This document shows positions 13,054 through 26,200 of a DNA stretch of 64,000 nt, one piece after another. Numbering within the stretch: position 1 is the stretch's first letter; the number at the start of each line of letters is the position of its first letter. The translations under genes were made by a program, and so were the position numbers. The notes beneath the pieces were generated by a model. That model was not told the DNA's origin, made no database searches, and saw only the letters and a program-made list of their open reading frames with translations. The stretch is taken from assembly GCA_048128005.1 (NCBI GenBank), contig JBEUKZ010000112.1:806001-870000 (forward strand), written 5' to 3'. Source of the DNA: Veleropilina oligotropha. Its lineage: Eukaryota.

Positions 13054-13236
13054 GGGTCATTCGAAGAACAAAGCTTTCATGGCCCAGCAGTGGAATATTT
13101 TCAAGGCATACAAATAATGCACTCCAATTAAGACTTTCATTCAACTAATCCGTCCAATTAAAGACCCTAATCAACTATTTCACCCCAATTAACTTCAATA
13201 GAGGCTTTTGTTCAATGGTGAAATGTTTTAAGTGAT

Positions 13237-13334
13237 ATAAACTACTCGATAGCGTTGCATAGTTCAGAGAATAAACCCGCATACCTCGACAGGAGTGTAT
13301 TCTCTGTACTATTCAACGCTATCGAGTAGTTTAT
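13237..13334. repeat. 37-bp-arm inverted repeat, 24-nt spacer
   Basis: ataaactactcgatagcgttgcatagttcagagaata versus tattctctgtactattcaacgctatcgagtagtttat, 2 mismatches. Confidence 0.9.
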
Positions 13335-13597
13335 CCTATACATATATGCACGTGCTTCTGGTATAGCACAGGGTTTGGTTGTCTATTCGAAAAAGTTTGC
13401 AGTTAAATCGCATGGTGCGAAATGCCGAATTATTTAACTGCAGGCTTCTCAGATTAGACAACAAAAACCGAGTGTTTCTTTCTTTGTTTGTAATAAATTT
13501 TTACGACCAGCTTAACATTATTATTTCGGTCGCATCGCAGTCAAGACCTCTGATCTGATCTGCAAGCTCTTGAAAGTGGACCATTCCGAAATGGTTT

Positions 13598-13667
13598 AGT
13601 AGCATGGAGTCGACAAATGGAAATTTTGGGTAGATATCAGTAAAATGTTTGTCGACTCCATGCTACT
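13598..13667. repeat. Perfect 20-bp inverted repeat, 30-nt spacer
   Basis: agtagcatggagtcgacaaa ... tttgtcgactccatgctact. Confidence 0.9.
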
Positions 13668-13954
13668 TCAGCTCGAAAATGTAATCGGATTATAGCAAAT
13701 TAATCCGGGATTACAGAGGCTTATCTTGACTCAGCATTACCTATAGCTATTAACATTTTTATATTTAGGAAAGCTGATATTTGAACATAATGAATCTGAA
13801 ACTGTGAAATGAACACCACCAAATGATCCGTGCGAAATCAATCCAAGATGGCGATGTTTAACGCTTTCGAAATTAATTTTGCAATGTGATATCTTATTTA
13901 TAACGGTGCTAATAGAAATTGATCTGATCTTTATGAAAGTAAACACTATTTAAA

Positions 13955-14939
13955 ATGCCACAGCAGATGAAAAAGGCAGCCCAAAAACGCAAAACAAAGC
14001 GAACTGATTTAGCCTCGACGGACAGTGATATTTATACTTCTCCGCAGTCAGAGCAGTTTCTAACGCAATTAACTCAAATCAATCCCATACCTAAAATGTC
14101 CATCCAACAGTTGCACCCCCAGCAAAGCCTAAATGTTATGCCAATACAGGAAAACGTCCACCAACAACAGTCGTCGGAACCATTAACCCTCTCACTTCAA
14201 TTTATGCAAGATATCCGTCAACAGTTGAAAATCATCCAATCCCAAGTGTCGGAAATTCCAGCAATACGATCGATGCTGAACTCGATGACTATAAAAATGG
14301 ATGCAATCGAATCCGATGTTAAAGGGATGAAATCTAGAATTAACATCCTCGAAAACAGTACCCAGTTTTTTAGTGACTCCTTTGAGGACTCAAAAAGTCT
14401 GCATGTAACGGTAAACCACTAACAAAGAGATCGGCGATCTGAAAATGAAATTAAATGTGACGAATAAAGCCAACATAGATCTGAAAGGAGAAATAACTGA
14501 CCTCCAATGTCGTTCTATGATGAATAACTTGCTTTTTTATGGTATTGAGGAGGATCAAGCTCGGAATGGTGAAAAACAGGAATACGAAAATTGTAAATTG
14601 AAGATCCTTAAATTTTGCGAGGAAAACCTTCAAATACCGGAAGCGAAGCGCAATATTCACATCGACAGGGCCCATCGAATCGGGAAAAAGAGCGACGTTG
14701 CCCGTCCAATTGTAGTGCGCTTTCCCTTTTTTGAGCAACGTGAAGAAATAAGAAAGTCTAGTCATCTTCTAAAAGGCACATCATTCGGCATCAGTGAGCA
14801 GTTTCCTCGAGAAGTTCATGAAAAACGTAAGAAATTAATACCCATTATGAAAGAAGCTAGGCAGCAGGGTCAGAAAGCGAATATTGTGGTTGATCGTTTG
14901 TACATCAACAACAAAGAATACCATGGCAACAACAAATAG
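13955..14939 (+). pseudogene. LINE B ORF1 (coiled-coil + RRM + CTD, L1-ORF1p-like) with one frameshift at ~14412-14422
   Basis: Heptad-like region, RSMMNNLLFYGIEE, IDRAHRIG, RPIVVRF, ISEQFP. Confidence 0.85.
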
Positions 14940-16170
14940 GGACTCACGAAGGAGGTCAATCTTGACATCTTATCATGGAATATTCAAGGTATAAGAACAA
15001 AACTAAATGACTCAAATTTCCTCAATATTATTAATGATTATAATATGTTACTTTTTACGGAAACCTGGTTAAGAGATTCAGACAATTTTAGTTTACAGGG
15101 TTTCAAGTCAGTATCTGTCTGCAGAAAAATTAGTTCAAGAAGTAAACGTGGGCATGGTGGAATTTTATTTTCGTATAAAGATAATCTGAGTGAAGGAATT
15201 GAAATAATTGCTAAGGAAACAATTGGCTTATTATGGATAAAATTAAATAAATCATTTTTTGGTTTAAATAATCATATATATCTAGGGCTTATTTATATTC
15301 CACCTGAAGGATCTGTAATACATAATGATATGGATCGTGATTTTTTTCAAGTATTAGAAAGATATATTGGTCTCTATTCACCTGAAGGTGATATTATTGT
15401 ATGCGGTGATTTTAATGGCCGAACTGCAGACAGATCTGATATCTTGACTGACAATACTCTTTATAAATTTTGTAATACAGTTAACCAATTTGCTTCTATG
15501 CCTAGTACGTTTGTCAAGCGTTCATCTACTGATAAAATTATTAACTCTTTTGGAATTAAGATTTTGGATTTATGCAAGTCATCCGAAATGATGATTGTCA
15601 ATGGTCGTAAAGGGGTTGACAAAGGCATTGGCAAATTAACTTGTTGCACTGCACAGGGTAGCAGTGTCGTTGATTATTGTATTGCATCCCATTGTCTTTT
15701 CCCTTTGATATCTGCATTTGAAGTTCGTGATTTCACGACCCATTCTGATCACGCGGCTATTACCGTACAGCTTAGATGTGAAATTAACACTGCTAAAGTG
15801 CAGCCTGAAGTTTATACAAAGAAAACCCTTGCATGGTTGGACGATGCTAACAAGATTAAATCATTTAAATCAGATATGGAAAACAATGTCCCCGAGGTAA
15901 CTATTCTATTAGATTCGCTTCTGAATGGTTATGCAGATATCAATGATGTCATAGTAAATATATCTGAATTATTTTACAATACAGCATTTAAAACTTTTGG
16001 TAAAATGTCCACTAAATGCAACAGCGAATGTTATATGTTGAAGAAAATAAACTCGCCTTGGTTTGATGATCGATGCAGAACAGCCAAATCAGCATTCAAT
16101 ATTGCCAAAAAGCGGTTTTATAATAACCACAGCAATACGAATAGAATTAAATTGGTTGATGCAAGAAGTA
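14940..16170 (+). pseudogene. LINE B ORF2 N-terminal part (APE endonuclease)
   Basis: SWNIQG (upstream of first ATG), FTETWL, GDFNGR, SVVDY, SDH; ends DARS at the transposon. Confidence 0.9.
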
Positions 16171-17311
16171 CACTCTAAAAAATTGTTACATGTTTTACGT
16201 TTTATATAAAACACTTGCCATTTTATATAAAATATCGTGTGTTAACCTGTAAACGGGGTGCTTTAATTAAAACATCAGCGTGAATTGAATAAAATGGAAA
16301 CGTTTTTCATGATAAACACGAAACATGTTTTAAAGAACATTGCTTAAATGTGTGTGACTTGAAATAAATCTAAACGATATTTATAGGACCTCAAATAGTA
16401 TATATATATATATAAAAAAACTGTTAAAACTTTGTAAACAGCCTAATGATATTAACTATGTCACATTAATATATTGTGGCGAAAAACTATATATTTACTA
16501 AAGATTCTACAAATATATTGTATTGTATATCATAATATGATATCTAAATGTCCTGTTTTATTATTTATTATTTAATGCTTCGCTGGTAATTGAAAATTTA
16601 TATTTAGAAAGCATTAAGTATATTATTATTTTGTTATATTTTATATAAAAAGGAATCATCATTACCAGTCTGTTTGATATAAAACATTGCCGTGTTATGC
16701 CATTATTCGCGCCTTTCGCTAATCACGTGATCATAACATCCTTAGTGGAGAGGCGAATGGCGTCTGCATGTATTTGAAGCGGGCTGCGACGTTCGTCGGA
16801 CGAGTAGGTAGTGTGTTCATTTTAATGAAATTCCAGTTTTGATATTGTAACATTAATACTACATACATATTTGACGAAGTTTCACGTTCATGATCATTGA
16901 TTGAACCTCTTGTTTTATCCAATAATCGTACAATTGCATTTTTTGGTGTCATCATTTTGTGCAAGCACGCCGCCTGCCCTATTTGCTGCATATATGCTAT
17001 CTTAGTTTTACGTTTGAAGGAAATATTAGTGTATTTTTACTGTTTTATTCATTAGGCCTAAGATATAAGTTTTCAAGATGAACATTTGCAGTTATTTACA
17101 AAAGTTTCTAATATTATAATTATTTTGTTTCGTTATACCGGTATCAAGTTGGAATTGGGTTATTCCCCTTGTCATTTTCCTACTGCAGGTCAAACTCTAT
17201 ATGTCGTTCATGCACATTGTCCGATTTTGGAAAAAAACAGCTTCAATTTATTAAACGTACGCTACAATGTAGTACATACTAAAGCTAGCACGGCTATGAT
17301 TCACTGTCACA

Positions 17312-19777
17312 ATGAGTGCAACAAACACTTATCATTGTTCAATGTGTTTTTTCTCATGTACGAATTATGCAGTCTATTGCAATCATGTTGTTAGGCTACA
17401 TAAACACGATCCAAATTTTATTGTTCAGTGCAGTATTCGTTCGTGTGCTTATAGTACGAAGAGTTGGAATGCATTTAAATTGCATGTTGGAAGAAAACAT
17501 AAAACTTTGATTAACAGTATAGAAGTTGAAGACAATGATTCAGAATTACACGACTTTGATCAGAGGAATGGTTTAGAACCTCCAGATGAGGAAGATTGCA
17601 ATGTGGATCAGTCAATGCAGAGAGCTTTCTTCAATGCCAAGTTTCTCATGCAACTTGAGAGTAACTTCAATGTACCAAAAGTTGCTGTAAGCTCAATAGC
17701 TTCCTCAGTGTCATTCCTAGTACATAGCCATCTAGCTTTATACAGGGATCAGGTTATCAATGATTTGAATGAAAGGGGACTCGAAGGAAACAATTTGACA
17801 AATAGCATAGATGGGGATGATATGTTTCATCTATTCAAAACTGAACATATGAGACAAAAGTTTTACTCCACTTTTTGCTCTTATGTCCCTTCAGTTGAGG
17901 TGATGTTAGGTAGTGTACCGAAATATCAAAGAGGTCAGATATCTCAAGTGAAACGACTTGGTTATGTCATTTCATTGTTTGATTCTCTGCAAGCATTGTT
18001 CGATATGCCTGAAATTCAGGAATATTTGGAGAATATCCATTGTTGCACAGAAGAAGACTATATGTTTGACCTTTGCGATGGTGAATATTTAAAGCATCAT
18101 TCAGTTTTCAAGGAAGATCCAAATGCAATACAAATTATCTTGAATACAGATGACATTGAAATTGTGAACCCTCTTGGCAGTCATGTTAAGAAGCATAAGC
18201 TTTCCATGTTTTATTACACACTTGGAAATATCCCGCCACCATTGCGATCAAAGCTTACATGTATTCAGCTTGTAGCTGTAGCAAAAACTGTTGATTTAAA
18301 GAAGTTTGGAATTGAACGGCTACTGGGTGACTTTGTTGATTCTGTTAAAATTCTCAGTACAGAGGGAAAGACATTCAACATTGGTAATCGTGAGCATATT
18401 TTGAAAGGCACAGTCATAATGGCACCTTGTGATACCCCTGCAGCAGGATGGTTAGGAGGTTTCAAGGAAGGGGTAGGATTTGCATACAAGTGTTGCAGAA
18501 CATGCGATGTTTCACCCAATAATGTCAAAACTGAATTTTTTTCGGATCCAGCAAAGAGTCGCTCTGCGCAATCACACAATGATAGATGCGAGACATTGGC
18601 TACTTTAAGCTCACAGTCGAGGACCTATTGGAGCAAAATGTGGGGAATCAATAGCACAAGTCAGTTGAGCAAGATTCCAGAAATAAACCTCCCTTTGGTG
18701 CTTGTTCATGACCCCATGCATGTGCTGTTGGAAGGCATCATACAATATGAGCTTAGATTATTCCTTTTCTACTGCATTCAGTCTCAGAAGCATTTTACTC
18801 TGAAATGGTTGAATTCACAGCTGAAATGTTTTGAATATTCCATTCATGATAAAAAAAATAAGCCACAAGTAATTGACATTTCAAGCTTGAAACCAGGTGG
18901 GAAGATTAAGCAAACAGCTATAGAAATGTACACATTGTTCTGCATACTGCCCTATGTTATTGGTCCAAAGATATGTAGAGGAGACCCTAATTGGATGCAT
19001 TTGATACTACTATTGCAAATAACATTGCTTTCATTTTCCTCGTGTGTTTCAAAACACACAGCAGCAGAAATGCAGAATTTGGTATTTACATACCTTTCTA
19101 CATTTAGAGAATGTTATCCGAAATCAAGCTTCCTCCCGAAGATGCATTACTTGGTACATTTTCCGGACCAGTTGTTGAATTTTGGACCTTTGCGAAATCA
19201 GTGGTGCATGCGATTTGAGGGCAAACACGGGTTTTTCAAGAGGGCAAAATGGACTAATTTTAAGAACCTTCCATTGAGTATTGCACAAAAACACCAGCAG
19301 TGGATGTGTTACAAGCAGTTGGGACAAAATGGTAGAAGAAATAACAATTTTCTGTATGAGGGAGACAAAGTTGGTGATGGTGTAAGAATTCTTATTTCGG
19401 ATAGATTTCCTGAGATGCAGAATAAGTTTCCAAAAGATGAGGGATTTCTTGTTCAAGAAGTTAACATTCATGGGCACCAGTATAGTATTGATGGGGTACT
19501 ACTGATTGGCATAGAGACTCTCCCTCCAACACCAGTTCTTGGAATGATCAAGGGCATTGTTGTAGTAGATTACAGCAAATATTTCATATATTCTCTCCTT
19601 GTCATCAAAGCTTTTGACGAACATTTCAATTCGTATATTGTAGAAGAGAGCAATCAATATGAAGTCGTAAGATATCAAGACTTGATGTTTAAGTGGCCAG
19701 AATTTACATATACAGTGTCAGGCGCAAAGTTTGTTATGTTGCGACATTCTCCTTTCGTGGAACCATTGACAGTTTAG
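17312..19777 (+). CDS. EnSpm/CMC-family DDE transposase (821 aa) with N-terminal C2H2-like fingers
   Basis: NTDDIEIVNPLG, FYYTLGNIPP, CDTPA..LGGFKE, CCRTC, HDPMHVLLEG, PKMHYLVHFP..FGPL...WCMRFEGKH; uninterrupted. Confidence 0.92.
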   Translation: MSATNTYHCSMCFFSCTNYAVYCNHVVRLHKHDPNFIVQCSIRSCAYSTKSWNAFKLHVGRKHKTLINSIEVEDNDSELHDFDQRNGLEPPDEEDCNVDQSMQRAFFNAKFLMQLESNFNVPKVAVSSIASSVSFLVHSHLALYRDQVINDLNERGLEGNNLTNSIDGDDMFHLFKTEHMRQKFYSTFCSYVPSVEVMLGSVPKYQRGQISQVKRLGYVISLFDSLQALFDMPEIQEYLENIHCCTEEDYMFDLCDGEYLKHHSVFKEDPNAIQIILNTDDIEIVNPLGSHVKKHKLSMFYYTLGNIPPPLRSKLTCIQLVAVAKTVDLKKFGIERLLGDFVDSVKILSTEGKTFNIGNREHILKGTVIMAPCDTPAAGWLGGFKEGVGFAYKCCRTCDVSPNNVKTEFFSDPAKSRSAQSHNDRCETLATLSSQSRTYWSKMWGINSTSQLSKIPEINLPLVLVHDPMHVLLEGIIQYELRLFLFYCIQSQKHFTLKWLNSQLKCFEYSIHDKKNKPQVIDISSLKPGGKIKQTAIEMYTLFCILPYVIGPKICRGDPNWMHLILLLQITLLSFSSCVSKHTAAEMQNLVFTYLSTFRECYPKSSFLPKMHYLVHFPDQLLNFGPLRNQWCMRFEGKHGFFKRAKWTNFKNLPLSIAQKHQQWMCYKQLGQNGRRNNNFLYEGDKVGDGVRILISDRFPEMQNKFPKDEGFLVQEVNIHGHQYSIDGVLLIGIETLPPTPVLGMIKGIVVVDYSKYFIYSLLVIKAFDEHFNSYIVEESNQYEVVRYQDLMFKWPEFTYTVSGAKFVMLRHSPFVEPLTV

Positions 19778-20255
19778 TGGTAATACTACGTGATTTCTTG
19801 ACTGCTGATCATGTTCAATATCACTGTCTCAGATTCCCATTTTGTAAATAGGCTGAAATTTTCCCAAACCGCGCTGGCACTGGGCAGTTGCAACGGATAT
19901 CATATAATTAGCCTTCAGACTCATTTTTTGCTACACAGGATTTTTTGTTGTAGTCGTATTATCACATATCGTTATGAATCATGATATTATTTTTTATCAC
20001 TGTCACTTACATTTTTAATTAATATAAAATAATTTGCAATTATCAAAACTGGAATGATTAAGTTGGATCCTATATGGAAATGATTTGGCGTGATTTAAAA
20101 TATATAAATAAAAAGAACCATGAATAAGTCAGACATATTCAAAATTCATATGTATGCTTCTCAAGAACAATTACCAGATGCCTTGGAACTCATTATTGCA
20201 GTTATAAATTTTCTGGAACGGTTTATATATATATCTCCTTGCACTAAAAACAAGT

Positions 20256-23200
20256 ATGCCATTATACAAAGTGTGGAATGCTGACAGGACAAAGAAGGTG
20301 TTTCTTATGGCATCGACAGTTGAGGATGTGAAGATGAATGGTAAGTAACCTATTACTATAAGACGCATCAGTTAAAAAAATATTGTTTGGTTGCTGTTAC
20401 ATGCTCATAGTTTGACGTTTACATCTTAATTTAGTGATGCATCGGCGGGTGAGTGGTTAGCACGCCAGAAACACAACCCAGACAGCCAGAAGCAGGGGTG
20501 TCATTAATAGGCGGGTACCGGGTATTTTTTACCCGCCTGTATGCCAATCTGTACCCTGCTGACATTCTCATATTACACTGACTTTTCTAGTAGATAATAA
20601 TGTATTGACAAAAAATTATCCGCCTGTCGGACATAAATACCCTTCTATTGCTTTTCTTACTGAAATCCCTGCAGAAGGGTCCAGGTTTGAGACCAGCTGA
20701 ATGCTTACTCTAGAATTTAAAATATTTAATAGATGGCATATCCCTAATGTATGCCAGTCAGATCGGAGTGAGACTTTAAACTGGGTGTCTCAACTGCGCT
20801 AAGGCTGGAAAATTGCGAAAAGGGATCATATATCATGTATATTAAAACAAACTTATCTACCTATATACCTAGTAACTTTTACATCTTGACTTAAAACTCC
20901 TAATAGCGCATCTTGGTTAATAATATATACAACATGTATCACTATCAAAAATGTTCAGCATTTCATTTGAAAAAATTTATAATATATATCAATGCATATC
21001 AATTACATTTTATTTGCTTCTTTTAGGTGCAGTGAAATTAAAATTAAAACCTTGCACCCATTTTATCGATCTGAGATTGGTCCTGGAGTCCGATGGAACG
21101 TCTGTTGATGAAGATGAAATTCTTCTAGAATTGAAGAAGGAGACTTTGATGTTACTGGAAACTGGAGACATATGGCAAATCCCTGCCATCGAGCTGCAGA
21201 TTGTGAACCCCCAAAGGCCAGAGCCGCTTGACGTAACACAACCCTCGCTACCATTAACATCACTCTCATCATCAACGGCTTCGTCACTATCATCATCGAC
21301 ATCATCAACAACATCAACAGAAACAAATGAAACTCTGAGAGAATCTTCTATGCCATGTCAACAACTAGTGTCGCCTGGGACCTCTTCCAATTCATCTAGT
21401 AAGTAAAATATAAAACGGTTTTTCAACCTTAACGCGTTCGGGACACCCGGTTTAAGGTCTCGCTCCGATCTGACCGGAATACGTTAGGGATATGCCATCT
21501 ATTAGTTTTGAGCCTTAGAATAAACCAGGCCGGAGCGGGTTTGAACCCACATCCTACCCTCCCAAATAGCGTTTTTCCAGGACGTTTTTTTTTCTGTGAA
21601 CTTCTCAACTAGTACAGGTCAGCAGATTTTGGGGAAGACTTTATCATAAAAATGTAAATATGTAAGTACAACAAAATACATTTTGGTAAAATTGACCTAA
21701 ATCATTCACACAGTAAAGTCACAGAGAATTGTATTGTTAGTGTTGTTTTAAGGCTCAGTTAATCCAAAATTTAGCATTTAAAATGTGTACATCATGCTGC
21801 CATAAAACACACGTTTATATCAGTTCATTTAAATTGTTTATATGATCTCTCTTTTGTGTGAGGCCGCTCCGACAGTCATGTGGTTTCGGTTGCAGAATCC
21901 AAAAATCACGGATTTGATTCCGCTGCTGTGAGCAGTAGTGGGTTCGAATCTCAGTCGTAATCACATAAGATGGTGGGTTTCCTCCAGCAATAATGTGGAC
22001 ATGTCCTGATTTGAACCTAATATTTGTAAATATATATATATACAGGATATTAAGCATCGATCCTTTCCTTTTGAGTGATTTGGTGTTACTGTCACCAAAG
22101 ACACCATACCAATAAATTATTGGTTGAACAGATAGCAAGTAATGTTCTCTTCGTAGCAGCTACGTTTGGCCTGTTTGAATGCTAATGGGTTAAAGCATCT
22201 TGCTTTCTATTTCAGAAAGATTTACAGTTCCACTTCCAAAATTGTCTTCCTATGTTGAGGAATCGCTAGCAGCTGGGAGAATCATTGAATGCTTCACTAA
22301 CTTGGTGTCAGAGTGTGCGCACTTTTACATAAACACGTATGATCTTACAACTCCAAGCCAGTACCGAGAGGTTGGGGTGCAGCTGTACAGACGATATCCA
22401 TGTATCAAATTTCCCAAAGGAACAGAACCGTGGGTAGGTAAACATAGTAATTTGTTCTGTCAGAGAATATCTTAAAATAATGGAAAATTCTCTGGATGTA
22501 ATTGTATTATTCCTAAAATTTTGCTTGTGGGCTTTTATTTCTGCGGCAAGTTTTCACAAGTTTTAGGCATGAAAATTTGGATTCCGGCAATTATCTTCAG
22601 AACCAAGCATCTGAAGCGCGTTGTAAACTGACAATCGCTTAATTAGCGCTGACATAATTGTAACAACACTGTAATCACTTTCAAAATGAAGGGTAAACTC
22701 TGAATTTATGAATACAATATTTATTTGTAATATACAAGTTATATAAGACGAGATAAAATTATAGCAGGAGTAGAATTGTATTAAACAGGAGCAGACCCCC
22801 CCCCCCCCCCCCCTTGACGGACCGAGTGCCCTTTTGCCTTGGAAAAATGAAAAATTACCCATACATTTTAGTGAAAATGGTTCCTAAATGTTGGTAAGAA
22901 ATCTTGCTTTTGCCCTGTCAGAGTGCAGGAGAGGAGGTTTCAGGTTGTTTATTGTCAAAATTTTCTTTCGCGTGGGGGGGGGGGGGGGGCGGGGTTGATA
23001 GTATATTTTTACACAGTTGGGCCCCACCCTTAGCAAAATCCTGGATCCGCCCCTGTTAAATAATATATATTTATGAAAATAATTTAATGTTTCTTAATAA
23101 AATCAATATATGGCCATATGACGACGTTTCTCGCTGTCAATAGTTGCATCAATCAAAATTGTCATGTTTGTAGCACTCGCTTCAGAGACCGATAGGGACG

Positions 23201-26200
23201 GCCATCTTGCGAGCGCAAAATAAGTATCTCACTGGGGGCTAACAAGCGCTGCAGGGAGTCGTTGAAAGACAAAGCGCTTTAATCACAATTTCGACAAAAT
23301 TTGCACAGTTATCGCCTTTTCCGACATAAACATTTAGTTTCGGTCAATTATCTTCATAACTGCACATCGTTCAAATATTATGACAGTATTGCAAATACTG
23401 GCTCGGAGGTCAAGTTAGTTTCCTTCACTTGCCCATAGTTGTCCCCTTTAATACAGATGGGGTATAATGTAATGCACCATTACTGTGCTCTCATATTTAC
23501 ATTTTTCTTCATATAGCATACATATGCCTTGAGTTCACGAAATTGTGATGTCTGGCGGTCATAATGTAACTGGCATAAAACATGATGATATGCTGCTTTA
23601 AAAAACATAACTTTTTAAATAATACAGTAACATTTATTTTATTTTGCTCCTCAGGCATTATTTTGTGAGAAACTCAGTCAGAAACTAAGGAACATGCGGT
23701 TCCAACGCCGAAGGAAAAGTGGGGAGGTAGCCACAGGTGGAAAGTCACCCAAGCAACCGAGATTTGCCAGGTCCTTTTCTTTTCGGGAAGTCCAAGAATG
23801 TCTGTCCACAGAAGACTATGATAAACACTTGCAGGAGTTAGCCTCCGAAACCAAAAAAGCTACCCCCAACAAGGAACACATAAAACTCCTTCTAAAGGAA
23901 ACATTGAAGATGAGGCGCGACTGGTTATCTACACAACCAATTGGATGTTGGGCACCACTCATGGCATCGTATCCTTGTTTTGAGGACATTGGTCAGGTAA
24001 TAATTAACATACTGCAGTTGTTATGCCCCGGGACGATAGTCCGGAGGGGCATATTGCTTTCACTCTGTCTGTACGTATGTATGTATGTATGTCCGCAGTT
24101 TTGGTTAAAGTTCTTCATGGAGCATATATGGCATGCTTAAGGGATTTTTTGGCATATATATGCTTTGGTATTGATTATATGGATGTTACCTGATGCTCTG
24201 GCAGTAATATTGAATAAAGTTTAATTTAATTGCAAATAAATTGGTGTTTTTGAACATAGCAATTCTGGTTAAAGTTTTTGGTTAAAGTTTTTTATTGAGT
24301 GTATATGGCTTGCTCAAGGGACTTTTTGGCAAATACATGCCTTGGTTTTGATTATATGGATGTTACCTGATACTCTGACAGTGATAATGAATAAAATTTA
24401 ATGTAATTTATGCAAATAAATGAGTGTTTTTGAACATAGAAATTCTGGTTAGAAATTTCTGATTAAAGTTCTTCATTTGAGTGTATATGACTTGCTCCAT
24501 GGACTTTTTGGCATATATAATAATATATGCTTAGGTATTGATTATGTGGATGTTACCTGATACTCTGGCAGTGATAATGAATAACATTTAATTTAATTTA
24601 TGCAAATAAATTGATGTTTTTTAACATGGAAATTTGGGTTAGAATTTCCTGTTAAAGTTTTTCATTGAATGTATATGGCTTGCGCAAGGGCCTTTTTGGC
24701 ATATGTATGACACTTTGGTATTGAATATGGGGATGTTACCTGGTACTTTGGTAGTGATAATGAATAAAGTTTTAATTTAATTTATGCAAATAAATTGGTG
24801 TTTTCATTGAGTGTATATGGTTTGCTCAAGGATGTTATGGCATATATATGCTTTGGTATTGATTATATGGCGGTTACCTGAGACTCTGGCAGTGATATTT
24901 AATAAAATTAGTTAATTATTGCAAATAAATTTGTGTTTTTTTTAACATAGAAATTCTTATTAGCATTTAATTTTTAGTTCAAGTTTTTATTAAGGGTCTT
25001 TTTGGTATTGATTGTATGGATGCTACCTGGGACTCTGGCAGTGATATTTAATAAAATTGAATCCATTATAATAATTGCAAATAAATTGGTGTTTTTTAAC
25101 ATAGAAATTCTGGTTAAAGTTTTCTGTTTATGTACATGGGCTGCTGAAGGCACTGTTTGGAATATATTTATTATATGCTTTGGTATTGTTATATGGATGT
25201 CACATGGCAGTGATAGTGAATAAAATTTAATTTAATTATTGCGTAAAATTGTTGTTTTTAGACATAATATTTTAAGGAGTTCATATGGGTGATCAAGATG
25301 CTTTTTGTATACACATACTTTAGTAATTAATATATTGATGCTGCCGGTGCATTCCAATGTTCCGGGGAACATAGTTTTTCTAGTTATAACTAATTTCAAA
25401 AATTAATTGTGTATATATAGAGAGATTAGTCAGTTAATTCTAATAGGGACCAAGGCAGACAGGTTGAAAGACAGGAGTCGCACAAAGCAACAGAAGTTAT
25501 AACATAAAGATGAGTCAATAAATGGAGATTGCCTTGTGTACAGTGTTAGCCAATCCCTCTGTCATTAATTTTTTAATAACCATACTGATAGTGATACACA
25601 TCTTTCAAAAACGATCTGAAGCATGCCCTGTGTATACATCCATCTGACTAACTAAAATTTATTTCCGTTTCCTAGTTTATTGTAGACCACTGTTGTAGTC
25701 AAGTGGTAGAGTGTTAGCTTCGTATGTAGGTGGTGTTAAACTGCGGTCAAGTCATACCAAAGATACTCATTGCCTTGTTTGGTTGAGATTGGCATTTCAG
25801 TGAGGTATAGCACTGTAAAGATTTCCACAGATGCACAAAGACACACAGACCTGTCCATATAAATCTTGTTGTGTTATTCAAATATTACACAATAATTGCG
25901 TCTCTCATTCTTTTATTCTCTATTTCTCTGATTTTCCCCATGCGAAAAAATCTGCGTTGGTGTTAGTGGTGCTTTTATTCTAGCTTCATTTATGCAAAGT
26001 ACTTGATTCCTATTACAGGTTGTCTTTGAGTTTGGATTACTAATGGGACACACTGGTGGCCTCGAAGATGAAGAGAAAAATATTAACGCACTATTTAGCA
26101 TCGTTGAGAAGACGCTTGAAAAGGCACCTCAGGTAAAAAGATGTTGGCAAGTTCTATAGAAACAATGGAAGAAAATATGTTTTAAAAAGCATTGTTGAGT

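Larger units (their letters stand above)
945..13060 (-). mobile_element. LINE A: 5'-truncated APE-type non-LTR retrotransposon (RTE-X-like) with four nested insertions
   Basis: ORF1 C-terminus at 12829-13053. APE motifs WNING, FTETW, GDFN, SDH. RT motifs GVKQGEPLSP, LFADD. C-terminal CxxC...EDEYHFLL|VC. AT-rich 3' end with aataaac near 945-965. Clade from motif resemblance only. Confidence 0.85.

Noticed and set aside
13740..13760. ctattaac as the 5' TSD of LINE B (also at ~32044)
   Set aside because: Short AT-rich match that may be chance; the 5' end was left undefined.
14405..14425. Programmed frameshift within LINE B ORF1
   Set aside because: No canonical slippery signal; a single-base indel is simpler.
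22787..23055. MITE ending in ggatccgcccctg with C and G runs
   Set aside because: Left terminus too degenerate to define a TIR or TSD confidently.
24100..25300. Repeat array resembling CRISPR
   Set aside because: Whole ~180-bp units are homologous, with no unique spacers and no cas genes; it is the satellite interior of a HINE-like element in a eukaryote.
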